Shown: positions 45,007 to 56,836 of the stretch, piece after piece
Layout: every line of letters starts with the position of its first letter
Numbering within the stretch: the stretch's first letter is position 1
Assembly (NCBI GenBank): GCA_027623205.1
Contig: JAQBYC010000002.1
Span: 7,657 to 71,656 of the forward strand
Origin: Pseudomonadota bacterium
GTDB lineage: Bacteria > Pseudomonadota > Alphaproteobacteria > GCA-2731375
Direction of reading: 5' to 3'
DNA length: 64,000 nucleotides
Made by a program: the position numbers and the translations under genes
The notes under the pieces: generated by a model
The model's input: the letters and a program-made list of their open reading frames with translations, nothing else
Database searches by the model: none
What the model was told of the DNA's origin: nothing

Positions 45007-45210
45007 GCCCCATAGTAGCCCACACCATTCGAACCGTGAGTGAACGAATCAGCCATCCGCCCAAGGCGGTTGGCTGCGTTGGTTTCGATTGAGACGGAAA
45101 AACGCCAGCCAATGTTGACTTCACGGGCCGGGTCCGGGTATCAGACGGCGAGCGTGGCGGCCGGCCCGGCCCCAACAGGTACCTTTACATCAACGGCGGA
45201 TCGATAAGGC

Positions 45211-46893
<1,683 letters not shown>

Positions 46894-46894
46894 T

Positions 46895-47542
46895 TTATTT
46901 CGATTTGTCAGGCCGAATGATTGCGCCGTTCACTTTCGCCGCCAGGGCATCCAGGAAGATATCCAAGTCGCCGCCTGCTGTGCGGACGGCGGCGGCAAAA
47001 TCGGACCGTTCGGTCAGCGACATGGAGATACCCTCCACCATCACGTCAACTATTCGGACCGCGCCCTGCCGTTCGCGCAAATGCCAGACGACTGCGACGG
47101 GCTCGCCACTGGGACGCTGAATGCGGGTGTCGACGGTGGCCCCGCCTTTGTCATCGATGCGTTCTTGCAGCACGATGAACTTTTCGCCCGCGTAATTGCC
47201 GAAGCGGGCCGCATAGGAATTCACGATGTAATCTTCGAACAGTCCAAGGTACCGCTGTCGTTGCGCCGGGCTTGCCTGCCGCCAATAACGGCCCAAAGCG
47301 AAACGGGCGATCCCTTGAAGGGCGAAGCTTTGATTTAGAAGATGGCGGAAGCGGCGAATTTTTTCCGGGTGCGTCGACTGTTTGTCCGATAACATCTGCA
47401 CGGCGGCATCACCCAGCGCCTTGATAAACGCCTCGGCTTCACCAGGCAGTAGCGTACGGCTTTGGGATTTTACAACAGCATTCGAAGCGGCGATTGGCGA
47501 TGCGACAAAAATAACACCCAGGGCGAGGGCAAACAGACCCAT
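46895..47542 (-). CDS. mlaC: Phospholipid-binding protein MlaC (Ttg2D family)
   Basis: Signal peptide (MGLFALALGVIFVASPIAA) from the internal ATG at 47542. MlaC-like body (FALQGIARFALGRYW). Confidence 0.7.
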   Translation of the reverse strand: MGLFALALGVIFVASPIAASNAVVKSQSRTLLPGEAEAFIKALGDAAVQMLSDKQSTHPEKIRRFRHLLNQSFALQGIARFALGRYWRQASPAQRQRYLGLFEDYIVNSYAARFGNYAGEKFIVLQERIDDKGGATVDTRIQRPSGEPVAVVWHLRERQGAVRIVDVMVEGISMSLTERSDFAAAVRTAGGDLDIFLDALAAKVNGAIIRPDKSK

Positions 47543-47576
47543 GAAACCCCGCTGGCGCAAGAGTGCTCGGCCGCAC

Positions 47577-48443
47577 TTATTTAACGTTGGACGAAACACG
47601 CTCTGCTTTGTCATCTTTCTCCAGCGCGTCGCCCATTTCAGGCAGCGGGTTCTCGGGGCCGCGGCCGTTGGCGATTTCCGACGCCCGGTGCTGCCGGTAC
47701 AAACTACGGACGGTGGCGTAAAAATCAATTGAGCCTCGTTCGATCTCGTCGAAGGACTCAATATTGCGGGAGCGGATATCTATGCCCCGAACCACAGAGC
47801 GCGCCAAAGAGAACCCGGTGCGATGCTGATTTTCCACAGCATAAGTCATTGGGTCGGCGTAGAATTCAGCGAGCCGGCCCAGGCCGTCCCGGACGTTCGA
47901 TGGGCCGATAATCGGCAACATCAGGTAGGGGCCCGGTCCTGCCCCCCATACCGCGAGGGTTTGGCCCAAATCTTCGTTATGGAAAGGGATGCCGGCGTCA
48001 GGATCATTGGGATTGTCGCCGGCCGCCACATCAAACAAGCCGCCGACACCAAAAAAGCTGTTGGTGGCAAAACGCCCAAAGCTGTCGGAGGCCCGTTCCA
48101 CCTCGCCCTGCAGGAGGTCATTTGCAAAAATAAATGGCGTATCCAGGTGGCGAGAGACGTTGCGAACGCTTCTCCGGGCGCCTTCGGGTAGGATGCCGCG
48201 ATAAATTTCAGCCACTGGACGTAGCAATATGTGATCGAGGAAGCGGTTAAGCTCGAAAAAATAGCGATTCAGCGGCTCGATCGGATCGTTTGCTTCATTA
48301 TATGCCGCCACCGCTTCCTTGTCGTCGGCGGGCGGCGGCGTGGCACAGCCGGCCAGCAGGGCGAGCGTAAATATCGCTGCAACGCCTATCCCGGCATTGG
48401 CCACCTTTGCACGGGCGCGTAATGTTATTACATTCACTCGCAT
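47577..48443 (-). CDS. mlaA: Outer-membrane lipoprotein MlaA (VacJ family)
   Basis: Lipobox LALLAGC, then the NDPIEPLNRYFFELNRFLD and GPYLMLPIIGPSNVRD VacJ signature. Confidence 0.75.
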   Translation of the reverse strand: MRVNVITLRARAKVANAGIGVAAIFTLALLAGCATPPPADDKEAVAAYNEANDPIEPLNRYFFELNRFLDHILLRPVAEIYRGILPEGARRSVRNVSRHLDTPFIFANDLLQGEVERASDSFGRFATNSFFGVGGLFDVAAGDNPNDPDAGIPFHNEDLGQTLAVWGAGPGPYLMLPIIGPSNVRDGLGRLAEFYADPMTYAVENQHRTGFSLARSVVRGIDIRSRNIESFDEIERGSIDFYATVRSLYRQHRASEIANGRGPENPLPEMGDALEKDDKAERVSSNVK

Positions 48444-48862
48444 ACCTCACCTAACCCTGCGGCTTAAATTTCCCGGAAAACAGGGAAATATCTTACAAAT
48501 CCCTATTCCCCGCATCCCATGGCAATCGCCGCCAGTTTCGACTCGCCTACCATACCATGGTTTAACTCCGGGGTCGTAACTAATGTCTTAACGGCGATCT
48601 TCGCCGGAAATCAGCCACCACAACGCCACGCCATGACAGCGAACGACCAATGCGCAGAGAAAATCACCCCGATTTGGTACCACACGAAAATGCCGTTGGC
48701 TAGATTGTGCATGATTATTGTATCGAGTCGATCACAACTGTTGCATTTTTGCAGCGCTGCATTAGACCTATGAACACCCGCCCCGCCATGCTGAAGGCTG
48801 TTTACACACAGGGAAACGCGGTACCTAATATAGTCACAATCTTGAACTCAAGGAATGGCCCC

Positions 48863-50218
48863 ATGCCGCAGAACGAGCCGGTTGTCGACGATGCCGTCGC
48901 CCCGCGCGATAATCCAATGCTACAAGGTAATTTTGCGCCGGTGGATGTGGAAGCCACGGCCCATGACCTTATGGTCGAGGGCACAATTCCCAGCGAGTTG
49001 AATGGCGCGCTGCTGCGTGATGGACCGAACCCCATTGCCCCAGGTTCTGGTCACCATTGGTTCATGGGCGATGGCATGATCCATGGCATTACCATCCGCG
49101 ACGGCGGCGCCCAGGTCTATCGCAACCGCTGGATCCGGACGGCCCAGGTCGAAGCGCTGTTGGGCTTGCCGAAAGCGCCGGTCAGCCCGCACCAGCCCAT
49201 GCAGCAAGGCTCCGGCAGCGTCAATGTGATTGGCCATGGCGGCCGCATCCTGGCCTTGCCGGAGGTGGGCTTGCCATGGCAACTGGACGGCGAATTGAAC
49301 ACCATCGGCCAGCATGATTTCGACGGCGCCCTGCGCAGCAATATGACGGCGCATCCAAAGATCGATGCCGCGAACGGCGAACTGGTCTTTTTCGGCTATG
49401 ATTTTGGCCCCGTCAGCCTGCGCTACCACGTGGCCGACCAGGCCGGAAAACTGCTGCGCACGGTCGAGATCGAAAAGCCCATCCCGACCATGATGCATGA
49501 TTTTGGCGTCACGGCGACCCGGGTCATCTTCATGGATCTGCCGGTTGCCTTTAGTTTGGAAATGGCGCTAAGCGGCAAGGGGCTGCCCTTCCATTGGCGT
49601 GATGATATGCCGGCCCGTCTGGGCATTTTACCCCGTGCCGCCACCAAGGACGCGGTGCAATGGATAGAGATCGATCCCTGCTACGTCTACCATCCCCTGA
49701 ACGCCTATGACGATGGTGCCGAGATCATATTCGACGTGGTGCGTCATGACCGCACCTTCGTACAGGGGCAATTGGAAGGTGGCGGCGAGACGCGCCTGGA
49801 ACGCTGGACCATCGATCCCGCCAAGGAGCGGGTGCGCCGGGAGGCGATCAGCGGTATGGGCCAGGAATTCCCCCGGGTCGACCCGCGGGTGGAATGTCAT
49901 CCCCACCGTTATGGCTATACGGTGGGTTTCGGCATGGGCGTGGGCCCAGGCAATCTGCTGAAACATGACCTTGAACAACGCACCATGGCGGTGCACGACG
50001 TCGGCCCGGAGGGTGCGGCCAGCGAGGGCGTGTTCGTACCGAGCGGCGATGGCGAGGACGCGGGCTACGTGCTGTCGGTGGTCTATGACGGCCGCACCGG
50101 CAAAAGCCATCTACGGATCATCGATGCCCAGGATTTCGCCGCCCCGCCGGTGGCAAAGATCCACCTGCCGGTCCGCGTCCCCTTCGGCTTCCACGGCAAC
50201 TGGCTCCCCGCCGCCTGA
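48863..50218 (+). CDS. Carotenoid cleavage oxygenase family protein (apocarotenoid/lignostilbene dioxygenase-like)
   Basis: Four conserved His ligands are spread through the seven-bladed propeller (HHWFMGDGMIHG, HDFG, ...). Start at internal ATG (MPQNEP). Confidence 0.75.
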   Translation: MPQNEPVVDDAVAPRDNPMLQGNFAPVDVEATAHDLMVEGTIPSELNGALLRDGPNPIAPGSGHHWFMGDGMIHGITIRDGGAQVYRNRWIRTAQVEALLGLPKAPVSPHQPMQQGSGSVNVIGHGGRILALPEVGLPWQLDGELNTIGQHDFDGALRSNMTAHPKIDAANGELVFFGYDFGPVSLRYHVADQAGKLLRTVEIEKPIPTMMHDFGVTATRVIFMDLPVAFSLEMALSGKGLPFHWRDDMPARLGILPRAATKDAVQWIEIDPCYVYHPLNAYDDGAEIIFDVVRHDRTFVQGQLEGGGETRLERWTIDPAKERVRREAISGMGQEFPRVDPRVECHPHRYGYTVGFGMGVGPGNLLKHDLEQRTMAVHDVGPEGAASEGVFVPSGDGEDAGYVLSVVYDGRTGKSHLRIIDAQDFAAPPVAKIHLPVRVPFGFHGNWLPAA

Positions 50219-50345
50219 TCTGGCGGCATTTGACGCGGCATTAATGGGCGGCGGTGGCATTGCCCGGATTGTCTAACGGGATCGGGCCATTTATGATGCG
50301 CCGCACGAGATGCCGCGCCCACGCGGCGCTGGGGAGCCCACCTGA

Positions 50346-53249
50346 ATGACAATTGTAGATGCGGACGCGGCCCAAGACGCCGAACGGGTTGATCTGTCCC
50401 CGGCGGTATCGGACGAAATCAAATACACCACTTGCTACATGTGCGCCTGCCGCTGTGGCATCAAGGTACATCTGCGCGATGGCGAGTTGCGCTATATCGA
50501 GGGCAACCGCAATCATCCGGTCAATCGCGGCGTGCTTTGCGCCAAGGGCTCGGCCGGGATCATGCAGCACCATTCGCCGGCCCGTCTATCACGGCCGTTG
50601 TTGCGGGTCGGCGAGCGGGGCAGCGGTGAATTCCGCGCCATCAGTTGGGACGAGGCCATGAAGCTGGCGACGTCCTGGCTGGACCCGATCCGCAAAGAGG
50701 ACCCTCGCAAACTGGCCTTTTTCACCGGCCGGGATCAAAGCCAGGCCCTGACGGGATGGTGGGCCAGCCAGTTTGGTACCCCCAACCACGCGGCCCACGG
50801 CGGCTTTTGCTCGGTCAACATGGCGGCGGCGGGACTGTATTCGATCGGCGGTTCATTCTGGGAATTCGGCGAACCCGACTGGGAGCACTGCCGCTATTTC
50901 ATGATGTTCGGGGTGGCGGAAGACCACGATTCCAACCCGATCAAGACCGGCCTGGCAAAGCTGAAGGAGCGGGGCGCCAAGTATGTGGCCGTCAATCCGG
51001 TGCGCACGGGCTATGCCGCCATCGCCGATGAATGGCTGGCCGTTACACCCGGCAGCGACGGCTTGTTTGTCCTGGCGCTGGTGCATGAATTGCTGCGTGC
51101 GGGCAAAGTCGATCTGGATTATCTGGCCCGCTATACCAACGCGCCCTGGCTGGTGATCGAGGATCCCGGCGCCGATGATGATGGCCTGTTCGCCCGCGAT
51201 GGGGACGGCCATCCTTTGTGTTGGGACAGCGCCAGGGACGCTGCCGTCAACGCGCTGGAGACCGACATTGCCCCGTCCCTGAAGAACCGCGTCACCCTGC
51301 CCGATGGCCGCACCGCGGTGCCGGTGTTTCATCTGTTGGCCGAGCGTTATCTGGATGGCCAATACGGCCCCGACGCCGTGGCCGACCAGACCGGTATATC
51401 AGCGGAAACCATTCGGCGGATTGCGGGCGAACTGGCCCATGCCGCCTTCGCCGAGGAAGTGGTGCTGGACGTGCCATGGACCGATTGGGCCGGGCGCCGG
51501 CACGAACAGATGATCGGCCGCCCCGTGGCCATCCATGCCATGCGCGGCATCTCGGCCCACGCCAACGGCTTTCAAACCTGCCGCGGCCTGCATCTGTTGC
51601 AGATGCTGTTGGGCAGCATCGATGTACCGGGGGGCTTCCGCTACAAGCCACCGTTTCCCAAACCCGCGCCGCCGGGTCTAAAGCCCGCCGGCAAGCCCGG
51701 TGATGTGGTGCCCGGTCAACCTCTGGGCGGGCCGCCCCTGGGTTTTCCCCAAGGGCCGGACGACTTATTGGTGGAAGCCAATGGCGCCCCTTGCCGTATC
51801 GATCATGCTTTCTCGTGGGAGGCGCCCATGTCGGCCCACGGCATGATGCATACGGTGATCGCCAACGCCTGGCGCGGCGATCCCTATCCCATCGATACTT
51901 TGTTCATGTACATGGCCAACATGGCCTGGAATTCGTCCATGAACACCACCGATGTCATGACCATGCTGACGGACAAGGATCCCGGCAGCGGTGACTACAA
52001 GATCCCGCATATTATCTATTCGGATGCCTTTTATTCCGAGACGGTGGCCTATGCGGATCTGATCCTGCCCGACACCACCTATCTGGAGCGTTGGGACTGT
52101 GTCTCGATGCTGGACCGTCCGATCTCCAGCGCCGACGGGCCGGCGGACGCGATCCGCCAGCCGGTGCTGACACCCAATCGTGACGTCCGCCCGTTTCAGG
52201 ATGTGCTGTTGGACCTGGGCGTCCGGCTGGGCCTGCCGGGTCTGCTGGACGAGACCGGCGCGGCGCGCTATCCCGGCGGCTATCCGGACTATCTGGTGAA
52301 CCACGAACGCAGCCCCGGCGTCGGTTCGCTGGCGGGCTGGCGCGGTGCCGGCGGCGACAGTCACGGCCGGGGCGCGGTCAACCCGGACCAGCTTGACCGT
52401 TATGTGGAAAATGAATGTTTCTGGCGCGATGAACTGGCGCCCGAGCAGCGCTATTTCAAACATGCCAACAAGGACTATCTGGAATATGCCGTGAAGATGG
52501 GGTTCATCGGCGCGGCGCAACCCGTGGTCCTGCAATTGTACACCGAGGCGCTGCAGCGCTTTCGCCTGGCCGCGCGCGGCGTGGGCGAAACGCAACCGCC
52601 CGAACAGCAGCGCAGGCGGATCGAGAGGTTTTTCGACCCCCTGCCCATCTGGTACCCGCCCAGCGCCGTGGACGGCACCGCGGCGGAGGATTATCCCCTG
52701 CACGCGATCAGCCAGCGGCCGGCGGCCATGTATCATTCCTGGGGCTCGCAGAATGCCTGGCTGCGGCAGATCCATACGGCCAATCGGCTGTATATTTCCG
52801 AAACAGTGGCGCGTCAGCAGGGCATCGAGGACGATGGCTGGGCCTATCTGGAAAGCCGTCATGGCCGCATCAAGGCCCAGGTGCGGGTCATGGCCGGGGT
52901 CAACGACCACACGGTCTGGACCTGGAATGCCATCGGCAAGCGCGCCGGTGCGTGGAACCTGGCAGCGGATGCACCGGAAGCCGAAAAAGGCTTTCTTTTG
53001 AACCACCTGATCGAGGATCTGTTGCCCCCCGATGCCAACGGCGAACGCATGCCCAACGCCGATCCCATCACCGGCCAGGCCGCCTGGTTCGATTTACGGG
53101 TGCGCATATCGAAGGCGCCGGCGGGCGCAGAGGCGTCGGAGCCTGCGTTCGCGGCGCTGCCATTGCCGCCCGGCGTCGCAACCCGTCCAACCATGCTGCG
53201 CTATGGCGCCAAAATGAAGCGCGGTAAGTTCGGAGGCAGCAAATCATGA
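50346..53249 (+). CDS. soeA: Molybdopterin oxidoreductase catalytic subunit without Tat signal, SoeA-like (sulfite dehydrogenase, quinone)
   Basis: 967 aa. N-terminal [4Fe-4S] motif C-x2-C-x3-C...C (CYMCACRCG...VLCAKG). MopB domains. No twin-arginine leader. Followed by FeS and membrane subunits of SoeB/SoeC size. Confidence 0.6.
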   Translation: MTIVDADAAQDAERVDLSPAVSDEIKYTTCYMCACRCGIKVHLRDGELRYIEGNRNHPVNRGVLCAKGSAGIMQHHSPARLSRPLLRVGERGSGEFRAISWDEAMKLATSWLDPIRKEDPRKLAFFTGRDQSQALTGWWASQFGTPNHAAHGGFCSVNMAAAGLYSIGGSFWEFGEPDWEHCRYFMMFGVAEDHDSNPIKTGLAKLKERGAKYVAVNPVRTGYAAIADEWLAVTPGSDGLFVLALVHELLRAGKVDLDYLARYTNAPWLVIEDPGADDDGLFARDGDGHPLCWDSARDAAVNALETDIAPSLKNRVTLPDGRTAVPVFHLLAERYLDGQYGPDAVADQTGISAETIRRIAGELAHAAFAEEVVLDVPWTDWAGRRHEQMIGRPVAIHAMRGISAHANGFQTCRGLHLLQMLLGSIDVPGGFRYKPPFPKPAPPGLKPAGKPGDVVPGQPLGGPPLGFPQGPDDLLVEANGAPCRIDHAFSWEAPMSAHGMMHTVIANAWRGDPYPIDTLFMYMANMAWNSSMNTTDVMTMLTDKDPGSGDYKIPHIIYSDAFYSETVAYADLILPDTTYLERWDCVSMLDRPISSADGPADAIRQPVLTPNRDVRPFQDVLLDLGVRLGLPGLLDETGAARYPGGYPDYLVNHERSPGVGSLAGWRGAGGDSHGRGAVNPDQLDRYVENECFWRDELAPEQRYFKHANKDYLEYAVKMGFIGAAQPVVLQLYTEALQRFRLAARGVGETQPPEQQRRRIERFFDPLPIWYPPSAVDGTAAEDYPLHAISQRPAAMYHSWGSQNAWLRQIHTANRLYISETVARQQGIEDDGWAYLESRHGRIKAQVRVMAGVNDHTVWTWNAIGKRAGAWNLAADAPEAEKGFLLNHLIEDLLPPDANGERMPNADPITGQAAWFDLRVRISKAPAGAEASEPAFAALPLPPGVATRPTMLRYGAKMKRGKFGGSKS

Positions 53250-53977
53250 CCTCATTGCCACGGGAAGCACCGGCAAAACGCCTTGGCTTGGTGATCGACC
53301 TGGATACCTGCGTCGGCTGTCATGCCTGCGCCGTGAGTTGCAAGGAGTGGAACACCACCGGCTATCACGCGCCCCTGCCCGATAGCGACCCCTATGGCAA
53401 GGACGTGGACGGGGTCTGGCTGAACCGCGTGCATGGCTATGAAACCAGTTCGGCGGCAGGCGCGCGCACGGTCTATTTCCCGCGCTCCTGCCTGCATTGC
53501 GAAGAGGCGCCCTGTGTCACCGTCTGTCCGACGGGGGCGTCCTATAAACGTACAGAGGATGGCATCGTCCTGGTCGATGAGGACATTTGTATCGGCTGCA
53601 AGCTGTGTTCCTGGGCCTGTCCCTATGGCGCCCGGGAATTCGATCGCGACGGCGGCGTGATGAAAAAGTGCACCTTGTGCATCGACCGCATCTACAACGA
53701 AAATCTGGAAGAGATCGATCGACAGCCGGCCTGTGTCAACGCCTGCCCGGCCAAGGCCCGGCATTTCGGTGACTTCAACGATCCGGATTCAATTGTCTCC
53801 GAGTTGACCGCCGCCCGTGGCGGAGTGGAGCTGTTGCCGGAAATGGGCCTGAAGCCGACCAACCGGTATCTGCCGCCCCGGCCTCGCGCCACCATGGGCG
53901 ATGGCGCCAGCCTGAAGGATGCGCCCGCCGCCGACGGCGGCTTCCTGGGCTGGATCGATCGGGCATTGTCCCGCTAG
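53246..53977 (+). CDS. soeB: 4Fe-4S ferredoxin-type subunit (DmsB family), SoeB-like
   Basis: Four cysteine clusters (CVGCHACAVSC, CLHCEEAPC, CIGCKLCSWAC, CTLC...C). 243 aa. 4-bp overlap with the A subunit. Confidence 0.6.
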   Translation: MTSLPREAPAKRLGLVIDLDTCVGCHACAVSCKEWNTTGYHAPLPDSDPYGKDVDGVWLNRVHGYETSSAAGARTVYFPRSCLHCEEAPCVTVCPTGASYKRTEDGIVLVDEDICIGCKLCSWACPYGAREFDRDGGVMKKCTLCIDRIYNENLEEIDRQPACVNACPAKARHFGDFNDPDSIVSELTAARGGVELLPEMGLKPTNRYLPPRPRATMGDGASLKDAPAADGGFLGWIDRALSR

Positions 53978-54014
53978 CCGCGGCATTAGAGTGCATTGAG
54001 AGTACAGACTAAGC

Positions 54015-54980
54015 ATGCAACCCGCCTATTCCGTCATTTTCCTGACCACCGCCACGGGCGCCGGTTACGGCCTGCTGGCCCTGCTGGGTGTTCTCCGCGC
54101 CATGGATAGCCTGCCGGACGAGCGCGCCTTTGGCCTGCTCGCCCTGGGTCTAGCCATGGCTTTGATCAGCGCCGGGCTGTTGGCCTCGGCGGCCCATCTC
54201 GGCCGCCCGGAGCGGGCCTGGCGGGCCTTCAGCCAATGGCGCTCCTCCTGGCTGTCCCGGGAAGGGGTTCTGGCCGTGGCCGGCTATGGCCCGGCAGCGC
54301 TGTTCGCCTTTGCCTGGTTAATTCTGCAACGCAACGACGGCCTTTGGCCCCTGGCCGGTCTGGCAGCGGCGGTGCTGTCCGTCGCCACCGTCTACAGCAC
54401 CGCCATGATCTATCGTTCCCTGGCCGCCATTCCCCGCTGGCATCATCCCCTGGTGCCATGGGTCTATCTGATCCTGGCGCTGGCCACGGGCGCCCTGTGG
54501 CTCAACGCGGTGCTGGCGTCCTTGGTCGGCGACCATGGTGGCCATGCCCTGGTGCGGGCGATTTGCTTCGCCGCCCTGGCCGCCGCCTGGTTGTTGAAGA
54601 TCGCCTATTGGCGCGCCATCGACGGCGCCACCGGCGAAAGCAGCACGGCCACCGCGATCGGGTTGGGCGGCCTGGACGGCCTGGGCCCGGTGCGCCCCCT
54701 GGATCCGCCCCATGTGCAGGACAATTATCTGCTGAAGGAAATGGGTTTCGCCATCGCCCGCAAGCACGCCGCCAAGCTGCGCCGCCTGACCCATCTGATG
54801 GCCTTCCTGGTGCCTCTGGTCTTGGTGGTGGTTCAGTCCGTCGCTTCCGGCCCCGTCAGCCTGTTGGCGGCGGCCCTGGCAGCCGTAACCGTCAGCTTCG
54901 GCGTCGTCGTTGAACGCTGGCTGTTCTTCGCCGAAGCCCAGCACAAGGTAATGCTGTACTACGGCACGGAGCGCATCTGA
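54015..54980 (+). CDS. soeC: DmsC/NrfD-like membrane anchor subunit, SoeC-like
   Basis: 321 aa. About 8 hydrophobic helices. Directly downstream of the FeS subunit. Confidence 0.55.
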   Translation: MQPAYSVIFLTTATGAGYGLLALLGVLRAMDSLPDERAFGLLALGLAMALISAGLLASAAHLGRPERAWRAFSQWRSSWLSREGVLAVAGYGPAALFAFAWLILQRNDGLWPLAGLAAAVLSVATVYSTAMIYRSLAAIPRWHHPLVPWVYLILALATGALWLNAVLASLVGDHGGHALVRAICFAALAAAWLLKIAYWRAIDGATGESSTATAIGLGGLDGLGPVRPLDPPHVQDNYLLKEMGFAIARKHAAKLRRLTHLMAFLVPLVLVVVQSVASGPVSLLAAALAAVTVSFGVVVERWLFFAEAQHKVMLYYGTERI

Positions 54981-55043
54981 CTCATTTCCGAACCGGCCGG
55001 AGCTGCCGGCGGGGCGGGCAACTCGGAACGCTTTTGCAATGGG

Positions 55044-56714
55044 TCAGAACAAGCCGGTGATCTGACCGTTTTCGTCCAGGCCGATGGTTTCCGCCGCCGG
55101 GCGGCTGGGCAGACCGGGCATGGTCATGATGTCGCCGCAGACCACGACCAGAAATTCGGCGCCCGCCGCCAGGCGGATTTCCCGGATCGAGACGACATGG
55201 CCCGAGGGCGCGCCCTTGCGGTTCGGATCGGTGGAAAAACTGTATTGCGTCTTGGCCACACAAATCGGCAGATGGCCATAGCCCTGATCCTGCAATTGCT
55301 GAAAACGCTCGCTCACCAGGCGGTCGGCGCTGATATCATCGGCGCCGTATATGCGCTGGGCGACGGTACGCATCTTCTCCCACAACGGCATCTCGTCGCC
55401 ATACAAGGTGTTGAAATCGGATTCACCGGCCTGCGCCAGCTCCGCCACGCGGAGCGCCAGTGCCTCGGCCCCAGCCCCGCCGTCGGACCAGTGGCTGCAA
55501 ACGAAAGCGTCCACATCAAAGCCCTTGCAGTAATCGGTAATCGCCGCCATTTCGTCCTTCGTGTCGGCATCGAAACGGTTGATGGCGACGACGGCACGCA
55601 TGCCGAATTGGCCAATATTTTCCAGATGCCGGCCCAGATTCTCCAGACCCCGCTGCAAGGCGGCGACATCTTCCCTGCCCAGGTCGTCCCGGGCCACGCC
55701 ACCATGCATCTTCAGGGCCCGGACCGTGGCCACCAGCACCACCGCGTCCGGCCGCAAGCCCGACTTGCGGCATTTGATATTGAAGAACTTCTCCGCCCCC
55801 AGGTCGGCACCGAAGCCGGCTTCGGTGACGACAAAATCGGCCATCTTCAAGGCTGCCCTGGTGGCGATCACGGAATTGCAGCCATGGGCGATGTTGGCGA
55901 AGGGTCCCCCGTGGATAAAGGCAGGATTGTTTTCCAGGGTTTGCGCCAGATTGGGCTGGATCGCGTCCTTCAACAACGCCGCCATGGCGCCGTCGGCATT
56001 TAGGTCCCGCGCCGTGACCAGGTCCCGGTCACGATTTTGCGCCACCACCATATTGCCCAGGCGGCGGCGTAGATCGTCGCTGTCCGAGGCCAGACAGAAC
56101 ACCGCCATCACTTCCGAAGCCACGGTAATGTCAAAGCCATCCTGGCGGGGAAAGCCGTTGGCCACGCCGCCCAGATTGGCCACGATGGAACGCAGGGCCC
56201 GGTCGTTCATGTCGACGACCCGGCGCCAGGAAATACGCCGGGCATCAATATCCAGCTTGTTGCCCCAGTAAATATGGTTGTCCAGCATGGCCGCCAGCAG
56301 GTTGTTGGCCGCGCCAATGGCATGGAAATCACCGGTGAAATGCAGGTTGATATCCTCCATGGGCACAACCTGGGCATAACCGCCGCCCGCCGCCCCGCCC
56401 TTGGTCCCGAAACACGGACCCAGGCTGGGTTCCCGCAAACAGATCGCAGTCTGCTTGCCGATCCGGTTCAGGGCATCGCCCAAGCCGACGGTGGTCGTCG
56501 TCTTGCCCTCGCCGGCCGGTGTCGGCGTGATGGCCGTGACCAGGATCAGTTTGCCCGTGGGCCGGTCCCCCAGAGAGGCTAGATAGTCCAGGTCCACCTT
56601 GGCCTTATCAGGGCCGTAGCGGTACAGATGCGTGGCGGGGATATTCAGTTTTTCGCCAATCTGTTCGATGGGCAAGGCGGTGGCTTGACGGGCGATTTCA
56701 ATATCTGGCTGCAT
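55044..56714 (-). CDS. fhs: Formate--tetrahydrofolate ligase
   Basis: 556 aa. [16 protein letters not shown]-loop and the conserved FTHFS signature regions. Confidence 0.9.
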   Translation of the reverse strand: MQPDIEIARQATALPIEQIGEKLNIPATHLYRYGPDKAKVDLDYLASLGDRPTGKLILVTAITPTPAGEGKTTTTVGLGDALNRIGKQTAICLREPSLGPCFGTKGGAAGGGYAQVVPMEDINLHFTGDFHAIGAANNLLAAMLDNHIYWGNKLDIDARRISWRRVVDMNDRALRSIVANLGGVANGFPRQDGFDITVASEVMAVFCLASDSDDLRRRLGNMVVAQNRDRDLVTARDLNADGAMAALLKDAIQPNLAQTLENNPAFIHGGPFANIAHGCNSVIATRAALKMADFVVTEAGFGADLGAEKFFNIKCRKSGLRPDAVVLVATVRALKMHGGVARDDLGREDVAALQRGLENLGRHLENIGQFGMRAVVAINRFDADTKDEMAAITDYCKGFDVDAFVCSHWSDGGAGAEALALRVAELAQAGESDFNTLYGDEMPLWEKMRTVAQRIYGADDISADRLVSERFQQLQDQGYGHLPICVAKTQYSFSTDPNRKGAPSGHVVSIREIRLAAGAEFLVVVCGDIMTMPGLPSRPAAETIGLDENGQITGLF

Positions 56715-56731
56715 TTTTGGATATCCCTAAT

Positions 56732-56836
56732 CTAGCGCAATTTCCAGTTAACTGGAGTCGCCCACACGACTTAAGTGATTGGTTCAATTGCGCATCCTGA
56801 AGGAGTCTGTGCACATTTGTATCAAATGTACACTAG
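56732..56836 (+). repeat. Intergenic repeat family copy E, full length, + orientation
   Basis: ctagcgcaatttccagttaactggagtcgcccacacgacttaagtgattggttcaattgcgcatcctgaaggagtctgtgcacatttgtatcaaatgtacactag. Flanked by CTAG...CTAG. The 3' CTAG contains the stop of the M20 peptidase gene. Lies 18 bp upstream of the fhs start. Confidence 0.7.

Noticed and set aside
51765-53006. 413-aa minus-strand ORF inside soeA.
   Set aside because: Antisense to a well-supported molybdoenzyme gene. No motifs.
56715-56832. ZTP (pfl) riboswitch upstream of fhs.
   Set aside because: The fhs 5' region is occupied by repeat copy E. On the minus strand it lacks the conserved GGGUCGUGAC...CCGCCUGGGCA pseudoknot elements.
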